From positions 6,343 through 70,342 of the forward strand of contig CACXGO010000002.1 in assembly GCA_902767245.1 (NCBI GenBank): 64,000 bases of DNA, written 5' to 3'. The position numbers and the translations under genes were made by a program. Positions within the stretch are counted from its first letter, which is position 1; every line of letters begins with the position of its first letter. The notes under the pieces are model-generated. The model was not told where the DNA came from and ran no database searches. It saw nothing but the letters and a program-made list of their open reading frames with translations. Positions 1 through 10,226 of this stretch are shown here, in pieces. The stretch is from an uncultured Erysipelotrichaceae bacterium. GTDB lineage: Bacteria; Bacillota_I; Bacilli_A; RF39; UBA660.

Positions 1-915
1 GGAGCTAAACTCAATATTGAAAAAACTTTTAAAAATGCTTATTTTAATGCAGAAATATCAAGAACCTGTTATGTTGTAAATGACATTTTAAAAGATTTGA
101 TTAGAAAAAATGCTCTTGGTGATGTAATTGTACTAAACTTTGGTGCTAATGGAGATTGCTCACAAGCAACAAAAGAAACAATATTGAAAACAATTGGTGA
201 TAGAAAAGTATTTTGGTTAACAGTTACTAATGATAAAAAGGTTCACTTTAATGATAAAATAAAGGCTTTTGCAGCAAAATATGATAATTTATATATAATT
301 GACTGGGAAGCAATATCTAAAGGACATAAAGAATACTTCTATTCAGATGGACTTCATCTTCCAACTCCAGGTAGAATTGCATATACAAATGCAATATATG
401 AAGCCATTTATAAAGTTTATTTAGATGAATTTAATGCTAAAAAAGAAGAAATCATGAATAAACATAATGAGGATTTAAAAACACAGATTAGTTTTTACGG
501 CAATGATATAATTTTAAATGCTTTTGATAGTTTGAAAAACGAATTTAAAAATGGAAATTTTGTTTTAAACAAAGACTTTACTTATGAAGAAGTAAAGTCA
601 GAATTAGAAAAAAACAAAGATAATTTAACCCATAGATTAGTGTTTGCTTTTGATCAATCACTAAAATTGACTAAAGAAGAATATCAAAGCATAGTTGATT
701 TATGTAAAGATCATGAAATATATATTGTAAATATGTCAAGTGAGAAACTAGACCTTGAAAATGTAGAGGAGATAGACTTTTACAGCGAAATAAAAACTCA
801 TAGAAATTATGTAATGGCTGATAAGATTCATTTAACAACTGAAGGAAATAAAGCATTTGTTTCAAAATTAACTGAAGTGTTAAATTCTTTTAAGACTGAA
901 GAAAAACAGGATTAA
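1..915 (+). CDS. acyltransferase-associated SGNH/GDSL-type hydrolase domain protein, 5' end outside the window
   Basis: The frame is open from base 1 (GAKLNIEKTF..) into tracked ORF 97..915. VIVLNFGANG and SDGLHLP resemble SGNH blocks, as in OatA-type C-terminal domains. The last ~150 aa are unassigned. Confidence 0.5.
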   Translation, partial: GAKLNIEKTFKNAYFNAEISRTCYVVNDILKDLIRKNALGDVIVLNFGANGDCSQATKETILKTIGDRKVFWLTVTNDKKVHFNDKIKAFAAKYDNLYIIDWEAISKGHKEYFYSDGLHLPTPGRIAYTNAIYEAIYKVYLDEFNAKKEEIMNKHNEDLKTQISFYGNDIILNAFDSLKNEFKNGNFVLNKDFTYEEVKSELEKNKDNLTHRLVFAFDQSLKLTKEEYQSIVDLCKDHEIYIVNMSSEKLDLENVEEIDFYSEIKTHRNYVMADKIHLTTEGNKAFVSKLTEVLNSFKTEEKQD

Positions 916-1469
916 TTCCTGTTTTTATTTTTGGTTAGTTGTGGAGCTTTTTCTTCTTCTCCTGTTATTATTTTTATTTCGGGAATATTTCGATATTTTT
1001 CATCTAAATCTAATCCATATCCGACAACAAAATAATCCGGAATTGTAAAGCCAACATAATCTACTTTAATATTTTTATTTTCTCTTGATTTTGGTTTATC
1101 AAGCAAAGTACATAATTGCAAGCTTTTAGGATTTTGAATCATTAAGTGATCAATTAAGTATGAAAGAGTTTTTCCTGTATCAATGATATCCTCAACAATA
1201 ATGACATTTTTACCAGTAATTGGTTTATCTAAATCAAGTTTTAAAGTTATTTCTCCAGTTGAATCTTTACCTCGGTAGCTTGATATTCGCATAAACTCTA
1301 GTTCAACATCAAGATCAATTTGTCTTGATAGATCAGCAAAGAAGTAAATAGAGCCTTTTAAGATACAAATAAGGGTTAATTTTTCACCTTGATGATTCTT
1401 TGTGATTTCTTGAGCCAAATCTTTAATTCTTTTTTTTAATACTGCTTTATCAATTAAAGTAGTCATCAT
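912..1469 (-). CDS. hpt: hypoxanthine phosphoribosyltransferase
   Basis: PRPP-binding motif VIIVEDIIDTGKTL and LICILKGS..FFADL. I moved the start to ATG 1469, which is preceded by GGTGATAAT, the SD context seen at many genes here. Confidence 0.9.
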   Translation of the reverse strand: MMTTLIDKAVLKKRIKDLAQEITKNHQGEKLTLICILKGSIYFFADLSRQIDLDVELEFMRISSYRGKDSTGEITLKLDLDKPITGKNVIIVEDIIDTGKTLSYLIDHLMIQNPKSLQLCTLLDKPKSRENKNIKVDYVGFTIPDYFVVGYGLDLDEKYRNIPEIKIITGEEEKAPQLTKNKNRN

Positions 1470-1550
1470 ATTATCACCGCTTTCTAACATGATTTTATCA
1501 AATATTTTAAATTAAAACAATAAATATGTTATAATTAAATAGGTGATAAT

Positions 1551-2213
1551 ATGAAAAAGTTAAAAATATCATTTTATTTAAACATTTTTATATTTATTCT
1601 AGTACTCATAGCAACGATTATTATGTTAACAGGTTTTCAGTTTATGGGTGAAGATTTAGTACTAACAGCAACCAAAATTGAAGCATTCAAATTTTTTACG
1701 GTTGATTCCAATGTTTTGATGGGGATAACAGCAATAATATTTGCTTTATATGAACATAAATATATTAAAAATAAAGAAAAAATACCAACTTTTATGTATG
1801 TATTAAAGTTAGTTTCAACGACTGCTGTTGTATTAACGTTTTTAACAACAACATTTTACTTGGCACCTTTTGTTCCAAGTGGATTTTTCTCAATGTTTAT
1901 AAATAGTAACTTGTTTTTTCATTTTATAATTCCACTCTTAAGTTTAGTGACATTTATGTTTTTTGAAAATACCAATGTAATTAAATTTAAATATACATTT
2001 TTAGGTATAATTCCTACATTTTTATATGCTATTTTTTATTTAATAAATGTTTTATTGCACATTGAAAACGATAAAGTATCTTATACATATGATTGGTATG
2101 GCTTTGCTCAAGGAGGAACTAATACCATTGTATTTACATTTTCATTTATGTTAATAATTACATATGTAATATGTGCTATAATCTGGCTTTTTAATAAGAA
2201 AATTAGTAAATAG
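1551..2213 (+). CDS. polytopic integral membrane protein, function unknown
   Basis: 220-aa ORF with about 6 hydrophobic segments. GGTGATAAT SD lies directly before the ATG. Confidence 0.5.
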   Translation: MKKLKISFYLNIFIFILVLIATIIMLTGFQFMGEDLVLTATKIEAFKFFTVDSNVLMGITAIIFALYEHKYIKNKEKIPTFMYVLKLVSTTAVVLTFLTTTFYLAPFVPSGFFSMFINSNLFFHFIIPLLSLVTFMFFENTNVIKFKYTFLGIIPTFLYAIFYLINVLLHIENDKVSYTYDWYGFAQGGTNTIVFTFSFMLIITYVICAIIWLFNKKISK

Positions 2214-2228
2214 ATGAAGGAGAATTTT

Positions 2229-2678
2229 ATGAAAATATTTGTAGCAGGTGCTGTCAGTTCTGCAAAAAAAGAACAGTTGGAGAAGTATAATATATATAAA
2301 AAAATTTTAGAAGAAACATTTGAAGATTTAATTTTAACAACGCCAGATGATATATGGGATTATAGAAATAAATGTATTGATGAGAATCCAAACTTTGAAA
2401 AGATTAGTATAGATAAATTGATGGTAGATTATGATTTAAAACAAGTTAAAGAAAGTGATTTAATTATTTGTGATATTTCAGAAATTTCAACAGGAATGGG
2501 GATTGAACTTGGTATTGCCCATGAAAATAACAAAAAAATCTTATTTTTCTATGAAAAAGGATCTTATATTAGTAATATGATTAGTGGTTCTTTTAAAGAT
2601 GCGCATTTTATTGAATATGCTAATACTGATGAATTAGTGGGTAAACTTAAATTTGAATTAAAAAATTTATATAATTAA
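2229..2678 (+). CDS. nucleoside 2-deoxyribosyltransferase-like protein
   Basis: KIFVAGA N-terminus and ISTGMGIELGIA..KKILFF resemble the deoxyribosyltransferase-like fold. AAGGAG lies 6 nt before ATG 2229. Confidence 0.5.
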   Translation: MKIFVAGAVSSAKKEQLEKYNIYKKILEETFEDLILTTPDDIWDYRNKCIDENPNFEKISIDKLMVDYDLKQVKESDLIICDISEISTGMGIELGIAHENNKKILFFYEKGSYISNMISGSFKDAHFIEYANTDELVGKLKFELKNLYN

Positions 2679-2703
2679 AAATAATCATTTGATTATTTTT
2701 TTA

Positions 2704-2731
2704 TTGCATTTTTATAAAAATATAGTATAAT
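2704..2731 (+). promoter_or_regulatory. sigma-A type promoter of the zur-znu operon
   Basis: TTGCAT (2704-2709), 16-nt spacer, TATAAT (2726-2731). Confidence 0.6.
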
Positions 2732-2757
2732 CAATTTGAAAATGATTTTCAAATTGA
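2731..2757. promoter_or_regulatory. Fur-family (Zur) operator, perfect 13-1-13 palindrome
   Basis: TCAATTTGAAAAT-G-ATTTTCAAATTGA is perfectly symmetric around G2744. It abuts the -10 box and covers the expected transcription start, directly upstream of the Fur-family gene. Confidence 0.65.
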
Positions 2758-2769
2758 AAGAAGGATTAT

Positions 2770-3171
2770 ATGTATAAAACAAAACAAAAAGATTTAATTT
2801 TAAAAATAGTAAAAAAGCAAAAAAGTGAGTTTACTATTAAAGATATATATGATGATTTAAATAAAGAAGTTGGATTAACAACAATATATCGTTTTATAGA
2901 TAAATTGGTTAAAGATGGCAAATTGAATAAGAGCATTGGTGAAAATAATACGACTTATTATCAATATTTAGAAGAATGCTGTAATCATAATCACTTTTAT
3001 TTAAAATGTGAAAAATGTGGCAATATAATACATATTGATTGTGATTGCATTGAAGAATTGACAAATCACATTTTATTGAATCATAAATTTAAGCCATGCC
3101 GTGAACATATCATTATAAATGGGATATGTGAAAAATGTGATGGAGGTGTAAAAGATGAAAAAAATAGTTAA
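2770..3171 (+). CDS. zur: Fur family transcriptional regulator, probably zinc-responsive (Zur)
   Basis: Winged-helix region TIYRFIDKLVKDGKL plus C-terminal CxxC pairs (CEKCG, CEKCDG). It is the first gene of a metal ABC importer operon. Confidence 0.75.
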   Translation: MYKTKQKDLILKIVKKQKSEFTIKDIYDDLNKEVGLTTIYRFIDKLVKDGKLNKSIGENNTTYYQYLEECCNHNHFYLKCEKCGNIIHIDCDCIEELTNHILLNHKFKPCREHIIINGICEKCDGGVKDEKNS

Positions 3172-4069
3172 AACAATTATATTTTTAATATGTGCATTAA
3201 TTTTAGTTGGATGTAAAAAAAATGATAATAAATCACTTTTGATAGTTACTAGTAATTTCCCAAGTTATGATTTTACCAGAGCTATCATAAAAGATTCAAA
3301 TATTTCAGTTCAAATGTTATTAAAACCTGGTAGTGAAATTCATGATTTTGAACCAACACCACAAGATATAATTAAAATAGAAGATAGCAGCATTTTTATT
3401 TATACTGGTGGAGAATCTGATAGTTGGGTTCAAGGAATACTAAAAGAAAAGATTAAAACAAAAGTAATAAAGTTAATTGATTTAGTTGAAACTTATGAAG
3501 AAGAGATTACTGAGGGAATGGATGAAATAGAAGAAGAAAAAGAAATTGATGAACATGTGTGGACAAGTCCATTAAATGCAATCAAAATTGTTTCATCAAT
3601 AAAAGAAGAAATTATTAAACTTGATCCTCAGAATAAACAATTATATGAAAAAAATGCCGAAAATTATATCAGTGAACTAACTAAAGTAGATAAGGAGATA
3701 AAAGATATCGTTTCATCTTCTAAAAGAAAAGAAGTAATTTTTGGTGATCGTTTTCCATTACGTTATTTTACTCAAGAATATGGTTTAACTTATTATGCCG
3801 CTTTTAAAGGCTGCTCAGAATCAACAGAAGCAAGTGCTAAAACACTCACATTTTTAATTAATAAAGTTAAAGAAGATAAAATACCTGTAGTTTTTAAAAT
3901 AGAGCTTTCAAATGGCAAAATAGCAGAATCAATTGCTAGAGAAACAGGTGTAAAAATACTAGAATTTCATAGTGCTCATAATATAAGTAAGAGTGATTTT
4001 GAAAATGGAATAACTTATATAGATATTATGATAAATAATATTAAAGTTTTAAGGGAGGCATTAAATTAA
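3155..4069 (+). CDS. znuA: metal (probably zinc) ABC transporter substrate-binding lipoprotein, TroA/ZnuA family
   Basis: Lipobox LVGC, DFEPTPQD, DEHVWTSP and an acidic loop typical of cluster-9 binding proteins. Zn rather than Mn is inferred only from the Fur-family neighbour. Confidence 0.8.
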   Translation: MKKIVKTIIFLICALILVGCKKNDNKSLLIVTSNFPSYDFTRAIIKDSNISVQMLLKPGSEIHDFEPTPQDIIKIEDSSIFIYTGGESDSWVQGILKEKIKTKVIKLIDLVETYEEEITEGMDEIEEEKEIDEHVWTSPLNAIKIVSSIKEEIIKLDPQNKQLYEKNAENYISELTKVDKEIKDIVSSSKRKEVIFGDRFPLRYFTQEYGLTYYAAFKGCSESTEASAKTLTFLINKVKEDKIPVVFKIELSNGKIAESIARETGVKILEFHSAHNISKSDFENGITYIDIMINNIKVLREALN

Positions 4070-4749
4070 TGAATTTAATTGAACTTAAAAATGTAACTCT
4101 TGGTTATGATAATCATATTGTTTTAAAAAATATAAATTTTATAGTTGAAGAAAACGATTTTATTTGTATTGTTGGACCTAATGGATCAGGGAAATCAACT
4201 TTAATAAAAGGAATTTTAGGACTTATAAAGCCTTTAAAAGGCCAAATTAAGTTTAATAATTTAAAACAAAATTTTATTGGTTATATGCCTCAAGAGACAA
4301 AAGTTGATGCTAATTTCCCAGCTTCTGTTTGGGAAATAGTTTTATCAGGAACTTTGAATAATTGTTTAAAACCATTTTATACAAAGAAAGAAAAAGATAT
4401 TGCATTAAAAAATTTAAAAATTCTTCATATTGAAGCTTTGAAAGATAAAAGTTTTGCTGATTTATCCGGTGGTCAAAGACAAAAAGTTTTACTGGCTAGA
4501 AGTTTATGTGCAACTTCAAAATTATTAATATTAGATGAACCTTCAAATAATTTGGACACAAAATCAAAAGAAAGCTTGTATGAAATCATTTCAGATTTAA
4601 ATAAAAATCATGGTATAACTATCATTATGATTACGCATGATTTAGATCATAATAATTTACTTGGGAATAAAATTTTATCCCTTCGTGAAGATGATATTTT
4701 CTATGGCTCAACAGAAGAATTTGTAAGGAGAATTCATCATGATAAATAG
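4069..4749 (+). CDS. znuC: metal ABC transporter ATP-binding protein
   Basis: Walker A GPNGSGKST, signature LSGGQRQ, Walker B LLILDEP. Confidence 0.85.
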   Translation: MNLIELKNVTLGYDNHIVLKNINFIVEENDFICIVGPNGSGKSTLIKGILGLIKPLKGQIKFNNLKQNFIGYMPQETKVDANFPASVWEIVLSGTLNNCLKPFYTKKEKDIALKNLKILHIEALKDKSFADLSGGQRQKVLLARSLCATSKLLILDEPSNNLDTKSKESLYEIISDLNKNHGITIIMITHDLDHNNLLGNKILSLREDDIFYGSTEEFVRRIHHDK

Positions 4750-5557
4750 TATTATTCAAATGTTTTCATATTCATTTATGTTAAAAGCATTCATTGTTGG
4801 AGTTTTAATTTCCATTTCAGCTTCTTTAGTTGGAGTCTCTCTTGTTTTAAGAAAAAATTCGATGATTGGTGATGGACTTTCTCATGTTGGATTTGGAGCT
4901 TTTGCAGTAGCAACAGTTTTAGGACTTGCACCATTAGAATTTGCACTTCCTATTGTTATAATTGTTTCATTTTTAATTTTAAAATTGAATGAGAGTAGTA
5001 AAATTCATGGCGATGCTGCCATTGCTTTAATATCTGCTAGTTCTTTAGCTATAGGAACATTTGTTGTATCAATTTTTGGTGTGAATATTGATATTAACAA
5101 TTACTTATTTGGAAGTATTTTAAGTATAACTGATGTTGATGTTGTTATTAGCGTTGTTTTATCAATTTTAGTAGCAATCTTATATGTTTTATCTTATAAC
5201 AAAATTTTTGCTTTAACGTTTGATGAAAAATTTGCAAAATCAATTGGAATTAAAACTAATTTTTATAATATTGTTTTTGCAATATTGTGTTCTATAATTG
5301 TCGTTTTAGGTATGCGTCTAATGGGGGCACTTTTAATCTCAAGTTTGATAATATTTCCTACACTTTCTTCAATGCAAATTTTCAAAAAGTTTAAAACCGT
5401 TGTTTTATCAAGTGTTATTATTTCAATAATATCATTTATTGTTGGTTTAATATTTTCTTATTTTGTTGCAACACCAACTGGAGCTACTATAGTTGTAACT
5501 AATCTAGCTATATTTTTAATATTTAAAATTGTGTCGTTTTTTAGGCCTAAATATTGA
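4739..5557 (+). CDS. znuB: metal ABC transporter permease
   Basis: Polytopic ABC-3 type permease that overlaps znuC. Confidence 0.8.
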   Translation: MINSIIQMFSYSFMLKAFIVGVLISISASLVGVSLVLRKNSMIGDGLSHVGFGAFAVATVLGLAPLEFALPIVIIVSFLILKLNESSKIHGDAAIALISASSLAIGTFVVSIFGVNIDINNYLFGSILSITDVDVVISVVLSILVAILYVLSYNKIFALTFDEKFAKSIGIKTNFYNIVFAILCSIIVVLGMRLMGALLISSLIIFPTLSSMQIFKKFKTVVLSSVIISIISFIVGLIFSYFVATPTGATIVVTNLAIFLIFKIVSFFRPKY

Positions 5558-5602
5558 TTTTTTAGCATGTATTTAATATAATTAGAATAGGAGGTATGTT
5601 TT

Positions 5603-6253
5603 ATGAATAGGAAGGAAATCAAAGAAGCCGCAAAGGCAAAAATTAAAGGGAATAAGTGGAATATTATATGGCCAATGTTAGTAATTTCAGTAATTACGTC
5701 AATTATTTCAGGTTTGTTTGGACCAAAAATAAATATTGATTTTACCAATTTAGAAAGTTTAGCTAATATTAAAGTTCCAACATCATATTATGCAGTTAAT
5801 TCTATAGTAGCATTATTATCAGGGATTCTTTCAGGATGTTATTTAAAATACATCTTAGATTTTGTAAGAACTGGTAAATTTGATCATAATGTAATTATTA
5901 AAACTTTAAAAGAAAAATGGTTAAATTTATTAATTGCTGACATTTTAGTTGGAATTATAGTTGTATTATGTTCACTATTATTTGTAATTCCAGGAATTAT
6001 TATGGCAATTGCATATACATATGCTACTATGATTGTAATTGATTCTAACTTGTCTGGAACTGAACCATTAAAGAAGAGTCGTGAAATGATGAAAGGATAC
6101 AAATGGGATTATTTTGTATTTGGCTTAAGTTTCATTGGCTGGTGTTTACTAATTGCTCCAACATTTGGATTAATTATGATTTGGCTATTCCCATATATGG
6201 TTGTTGCTAATGCGATGTATTATGACAAATTAAAACAAAAAGCAGGGAAATAA
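5603..6253 (+). CDS. DUF975-like membrane protein
   Basis: N-terminus MNRKEIKEAAKAKIKGNKW followed by hydrophobic segments, as in DUF975 proteins. Confidence 0.55.
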   Translation: MNRKEIKEAAKAKIKGNKWNIIWPMLVISVITSIISGLFGPKINIDFTNLESLANIKVPTSYYAVNSIVALLSGILSGCYLKYILDFVRTGKFDHNVIIKTLKEKWLNLLIADILVGIIVVLCSLLFVIPGIIMAIAYTYATMIVIDSNLSGTEPLKKSREMMKGYKWDYFVFGLSFIGWCLLIAPTFGLIMIWLFPYMVVANAMYYDKLKQKAGK

Positions 6254-6260
6254 TTATTAA

Positions 6261-6287
6261 AGCAGATTTCTAAATCTGCTTTTTTTG
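6261..6287 (+). terminator. rho-independent terminator
   Basis: AGCAGATT..AATCTGCT stem followed by T6. Confidence 0.75.
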
Positions 6288-6332
6288 TAGTATAATTATT
6301 TTAGATATAAAATGATGAATAGGTGATATTGT

Positions 6333-7514
6333 ATGGAAAAAAGAAAAAGATTAAAAATAGGAATTTTTATGGATAGTTTTTATCCGGCAGTCGATGGAGT
6401 AGTTCTTGTTATTGATAACTTAGCTAAAATGCTTGCCAAATTTAATGATGTAACTCTTGTAGTTCCAGAAACAAGCACTTCAAACGAGGATTTTATGCGT
6501 CCTTATAATATTATCCGTGTTAAAAGCATTTCTGTTCCTTTTACAGAATATAAACTTGGAATGAATTATGCAAAATTGTCTAAACCATTTAAAGATCTTT
6601 TAAAAGAAGATTTTGATGTTATTCATATTCATTCGCCGTTTTCTGTTGGGAAACTTGGTTTAAAGGTGGCTAAAGCTTTAAATATACCTTGTATTGCAAC
6701 GATGCATACAAGATTTGATTTTGAAATAAGGCGAGTTGTAAATAATAAAATCATTGTAAATCAAATAATAAAAAAATTGATTAAAGTTTATAATGATTGT
6801 GATGACTGTATTGCTGTTAACCATGCAATGCAAGGGGTTTTTAGAGACTATGGTTATAAAAGAATACCAATTGTAATTTATAATGGTACTGATTTATTAC
6901 CTTTAACAGACAAAGAAAATAATATAAAAAAGGTAAATAAGCTTTATGATTTAGATGAAAAAGATGTTGTTTTTTTATTTGTTGGAAGAATAATTGATAT
7001 AAAAAATATTTTCTTTATTTTAGACTCACTTAAATTATTAAAAGAAGATGGTTTTAAATTTAAAATGCTATATGTTGGAACAGGACCAAATGAAAAAGAG
7101 TTGAAAGAAAAAATAAAAAAATATAATATGCAAAATGAGGTCATAATGACAGGAAGAATTACAGATCGTGTCCTCTTATCTTCAATTTATGCCCGCGCTG
7201 ACTTATTTTTATTTCCTTCATTATTTGATGCTTCAAGTTTAGTTCAAATTGAGGCAGCAATTAATGAAACTCCAGGTTTATTTATTGAAGGAAGTGTTAC
7301 ATCTGATACAGTTGTTAACAATATAAGTGGTTTTACATCTAAGTTGGACACTAACGCTTATAAAAATAGAATAATTGAAATAATGAATGATGAAAAAAAG
7401 CTTAAAAAGGTTTCTAAAAATGCTAGAGAAATGTTAGGTAAAAATTGGAAAACAATTGCAGATGAAACTTATGAGTTATATTTAAAAGAAATTGAAAGGA
7501 AAAAAAGTGAATAA
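6333..7514 (+). CDS. glycosyltransferase family 4 (possible glycolipid synthase)
   Basis: GT-B/GT4 layout with FVGRI..K, the EAAINETP acceptor motif region and FPSLFDASSLVQIEA. Confidence 0.7.
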   Translation: MEKRKRLKIGIFMDSFYPAVDGVVLVIDNLAKMLAKFNDVTLVVPETSTSNEDFMRPYNIIRVKSISVPFTEYKLGMNYAKLSKPFKDLLKEDFDVIHIHSPFSVGKLGLKVAKALNIPCIATMHTRFDFEIRRVVNNKIIVNQIIKKLIKVYNDCDDCIAVNHAMQGVFRDYGYKRIPIVIYNGTDLLPLTDKENNIKKVNKLYDLDEKDVVFLFVGRIIDIKNIFFILDSLKLLKEDGFKFKMLYVGTGPNEKELKEKIKKYNMQNEVIMTGRITDRVLLSSIYARADLFLFPSLFDASSLVQIEAAINETPGLFIEGSVTSDTVVNNISGFTSKLDTNAYKNRIIEIMNDEKKLKKVSKNAREMLGKNWKTIADETYELYLKEIERKKSE

Positions 7515-7975
7515 TGAGAGATTTTGAAAAAATAAGTTATGAACAATTTTGCAAAGATGTTAAAGCAGATAAGAATTTGTATGATAGTTATAAAATTCCA
7601 AGCAGGAATTCTACTAATGCCGCAGGGTATGATTTTTACTTGTTGGAAGATATTGAATTAAATCCTGGTGAAATAGTAAAAATTCCAACAGGAATTAAAT
7701 CTTATTTTGAACCTGATGAAGTTTTATTTTTAATTGTTAGAAGTAGTACAGGTTTTAAATATAATATAAGACTTGTAAATCAAGTTGCTGTTATAGATGC
7801 TGACTATTATAACAATGAAAATAATGAGGGACATATTTTTATAAAAATTCAAAATGAAAGCGATAAAACTTTTAATTTTCAAGCTGGAAATGCTTTAGTA
7901 CAAGGAGTATTTATGAAATATTTAACCACTGAAAGTGATCAAAATTTAGAACAAAAAAGAACATCTGATTATTAG
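7514..7975 (+). CDS. dut: dUTP diphosphatase / dCTP deaminase-family protein
   Basis: AAGYDFYL and IVRSSTG motifs of the dUTPase fold. The start overlaps the GT4 stop (TAATG). Confidence 0.65.
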   Translation: MRDFEKISYEQFCKDVKADKNLYDSYKIPSRNSTNAAGYDFYLLEDIELNPGEIVKIPTGIKSYFEPDEVLFLIVRSSTGFKYNIRLVNQVAVIDADYYNNENNEGHIFIKIQNESDKTFNFQAGNALVQGVFMKYLTTESDQNLEQKRTSDY

Positions 7976-8041
7976 TGTTGGGTTGATATTAAATAATGTA
8001 CTATTCAATGCAAAAATGATATAATTTAAGTAGGTGAAAGC

Positions 8042-8842
8042 ATGACAGATAGAATTGATAAAGAGCTTGTCAGAAGAAGTTTAGTTCCTTCAAGAAGTAA
8101 AGCTCAAGAGCTTATTGAAGCTGGTCTAGTTATATGCAATAATGATAAAATATTTAAATCAAATCATTTAGTTTCAGAAACGGATAGTATAGTTATATTA
8201 GAAAATGACAAGCTAAAATATGTTTCAAGAGGTGGATTAAAACTTGAAAAAGCAATTGACATATTTAATGTAAACTTTACGAATCTAAATGTAATGGATA
8301 TTGGTTCTAGCACAGGAGGATTTACTGATTGTGCTTTGAAGCATGGTGCTAAAAAAGTACTTGCAATTGATGTTGGAACAAATTTAATGCATGAATCATT
8401 AAAAAACGATAAAAGAGTAGAATTATATGAAAAGACGAACTTTAAAAATTTAACTCATAATTTTTTTGAAAATATTGATATTATTGTTTGTGATGTATCA
8501 TTTATTTCTTTAAAACAAATAATTGAAAAGATTAAAAATGAAAGAATAAAAATTGACGTTATTTGTTTAATAAAACCTCAATTTGAATGTGGTAAAGAAA
8601 TAGCTACTAAATATAAAGGCATTATTTTAAATAAAAATATTCACGAAAATATAATTAATGAATTAATAACGTGTTTTAATAATTTTGGTTTTTATATACA
8701 AAATTTTACTTTTTCACCAATTTCTGGTGGGGATGGAAATATTGAATATTTAGCATTATTAACAAACAAAAAAGATAAAAACAAATATTTAAACATTAAT
8801 AAAATTGTTGAAGAAGCATTTGATAGTTTAAGGGAGGATTAA
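8042..8842 (+). CDS. tlyA: TlyA family rRNA 2'-O-methyltransferase
   Basis: N-terminal S4-like RIDKELVRR.LV.SRSKAQELI, YVSRGGLKLEKA and DIGSSTGGFTDC SAM motif. Confidence 0.85.
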   Translation: MTDRIDKELVRRSLVPSRSKAQELIEAGLVICNNDKIFKSNHLVSETDSIVILENDKLKYVSRGGLKLEKAIDIFNVNFTNLNVMDIGSSTGGFTDCALKHGAKKVLAIDVGTNLMHESLKNDKRVELYEKTNFKNLTHNFFENIDIIVCDVSFISLKQIIEKIKNERIKIDVICLIKPQFECGKEIATKYKGIILNKNIHENIINELITCFNNFGFYIQNFTFSPISGGDGNIEYLALLTNKKDKNKYLNINKIVEEAFDSLRED

Positions 8843-8844
8843 AA

Positions 8845-9390
8845 ATGAAATTAGAAATAACTGAAACTGGTAATAAGGAATATTATGATGAATTTCTTTA
8901 TATCGCAAATATTTATCAAAAATTTAAAAAAAATCCAAGAAGAAAAGCTCATGAATTTACTAAAGTTCTTTTGTTATGGACAATCATTACAATTGTTTAT
9001 ACTTTGCTTTTAACTTGCGCTTATTTAAAAACAAATGATGCATTATATATATTTCTTATTGGTATGACTTGTTTTGCAATATTTTTTGAAATAATGTATT
9101 TAATTATTTTAAATAAAAAAATTAAAATCTTTATGAACAACAAAGGTAAAAAAATTGTGGAACTGGGTAAAGAAGGAGTAAATTATACTGATGCTGATAA
9201 ATCTTTTAATGTAAAATGGGAAGATATATCTTATATAATTATAAATAAACAGACTATTTGTGTAATTCCAAAGACAGTATTAAGTGCACTTATTTCTATA
9301 AACATTAAATATAAAAAAGAAATAAGTGAAGCTTTAAAAAAATATGATAAAGAAGCTTTGTTAATTGATAACTCAAATTTCTATAAATGA
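8845..9390 (+). CDS. YcxB-like membrane protein
   Basis: Two central TM helices followed by a small C-terminal domain. The assignment is weak. Confidence 0.35.
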   Translation: MKLEITETGNKEYYDEFLYIANIYQKFKKNPRRKAHEFTKVLLLWTIITIVYTLLLTCAYLKTNDALYIFLIGMTCFAIFFEIMYLIILNKKIKIFMNNKGKKIVELGKEGVNYTDADKSFNVKWEDISYIIINKQTICVIPKTVLSALISINIKYKKEISEALKKYDKEALLIDNSNFYK

Positions 9391-9442
9391 CTTTAATTAT
9401 TATTAAAATTATAGTACAATATAATAGAAAGGAGTAAGCAAA

Positions 9443-9694
9443 ATGGATTATTTAAAAATAGCTGTGATTGCCTTAATTGTTATTTTAATTGCAAAATATG
9501 TATTTAAAATAAGTGGCAAAAAGATTACTGCATTAATTATAAACTCATTAATTGGTTTAGCAGTATTGTGGTTAATCAATTGGACAGAATTAGTATCAAT
9601 TCCTCTCAATTGGGTAACAGTTTTAATTACTGGAATATTTGGTGCTCCAGGTGTAATTGTTTTAGTTTTACTAGCATTATTCCATTTAATATAA
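9443..9694 (+). CDS. bofA: pro-sigma-K processing inhibitor BofA family protein
   Basis: 83-aa two-TM protein. INSLIGLAVLWLIN...IPLNWVTVLITGIFGAPGVIVLVLL matches the BofA pattern. Confidence 0.7.
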   Translation: MDYLKIAVIALIVILIAKYVFKISGKKITALIINSLIGLAVLWLINWTELVSIPLNWVTVLITGIFGAPGVIVLVLLALFHLI

Positions 9695-9715
9695 TTGATA
9701 ATGAAATAACCAAAA

Positions 9716-9743
9716 AAAGTCATAATAAAATATGACTTTTTTT
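9716..9743 (+). terminator. rho-independent terminator
   Basis: AAAGTCATA..TATGACTTT stem followed by a T-run. Confidence 0.75.
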
Positions 9744-9770
9744 GTGCTATACTATTAATAGGTGATAAAA

Positions 9771-10226
9771 TTGAAAAGAAGTGCAGGGATTCTACCTTAT
9801 AAAATAATTAATAATGAAATATATGTTTACTTAGAGCATCCAGGAGGACCTTATTGGAAAAATATTGAAAAATATAGTATATGTAAGGGAGAATATGATA
9901 ATGAAAAAGCTATAGATGCTGCAATACGAGAATTTAAAGAAGAATCAGGTTTTGAAATAAAAAAAGAAGAATTAATTTACTTAAAATCACATAAAATAAG
10001 TAACAATAAAATATTAACTATCTTTATTATTAATAAAGATCTAGATCCCGAAAAAATGACATCAAATACTTTTAAAAAAGAATTTGCAAATGGAGAAATT
10101 AAAGAATTTCCAGAAATGGATAAGGCTTGTTGGCTTAAATTAGATGAAGCTCAAAAATATATTTTTGATAGTCAAATATACTTTATTGAAGCATTAAAAG
10201 AAAAATTAAAAATGGAGGTATTATAA
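9771..10226 (+). CDS. NUDIX hydrolase
   Basis: Nudix box G.....AIREFKEESGF. TTG 9771 sits 5 nt after AGGTGA; the track ORF starts at GTG 9762. Confidence 0.75.
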   Translation: MKRSAGILPYKIINNEIYVYLEHPGGPYWKNIEKYSICKGEYDNEKAIDAAIREFKEESGFEIKKEELIYLKSHKISNNKILTIFIINKDLDPEKMTSNTFKKEFANGEIKEFPEMDKACWLKLDEAQKYIFDSQIYFIEALKEKLKMEVL

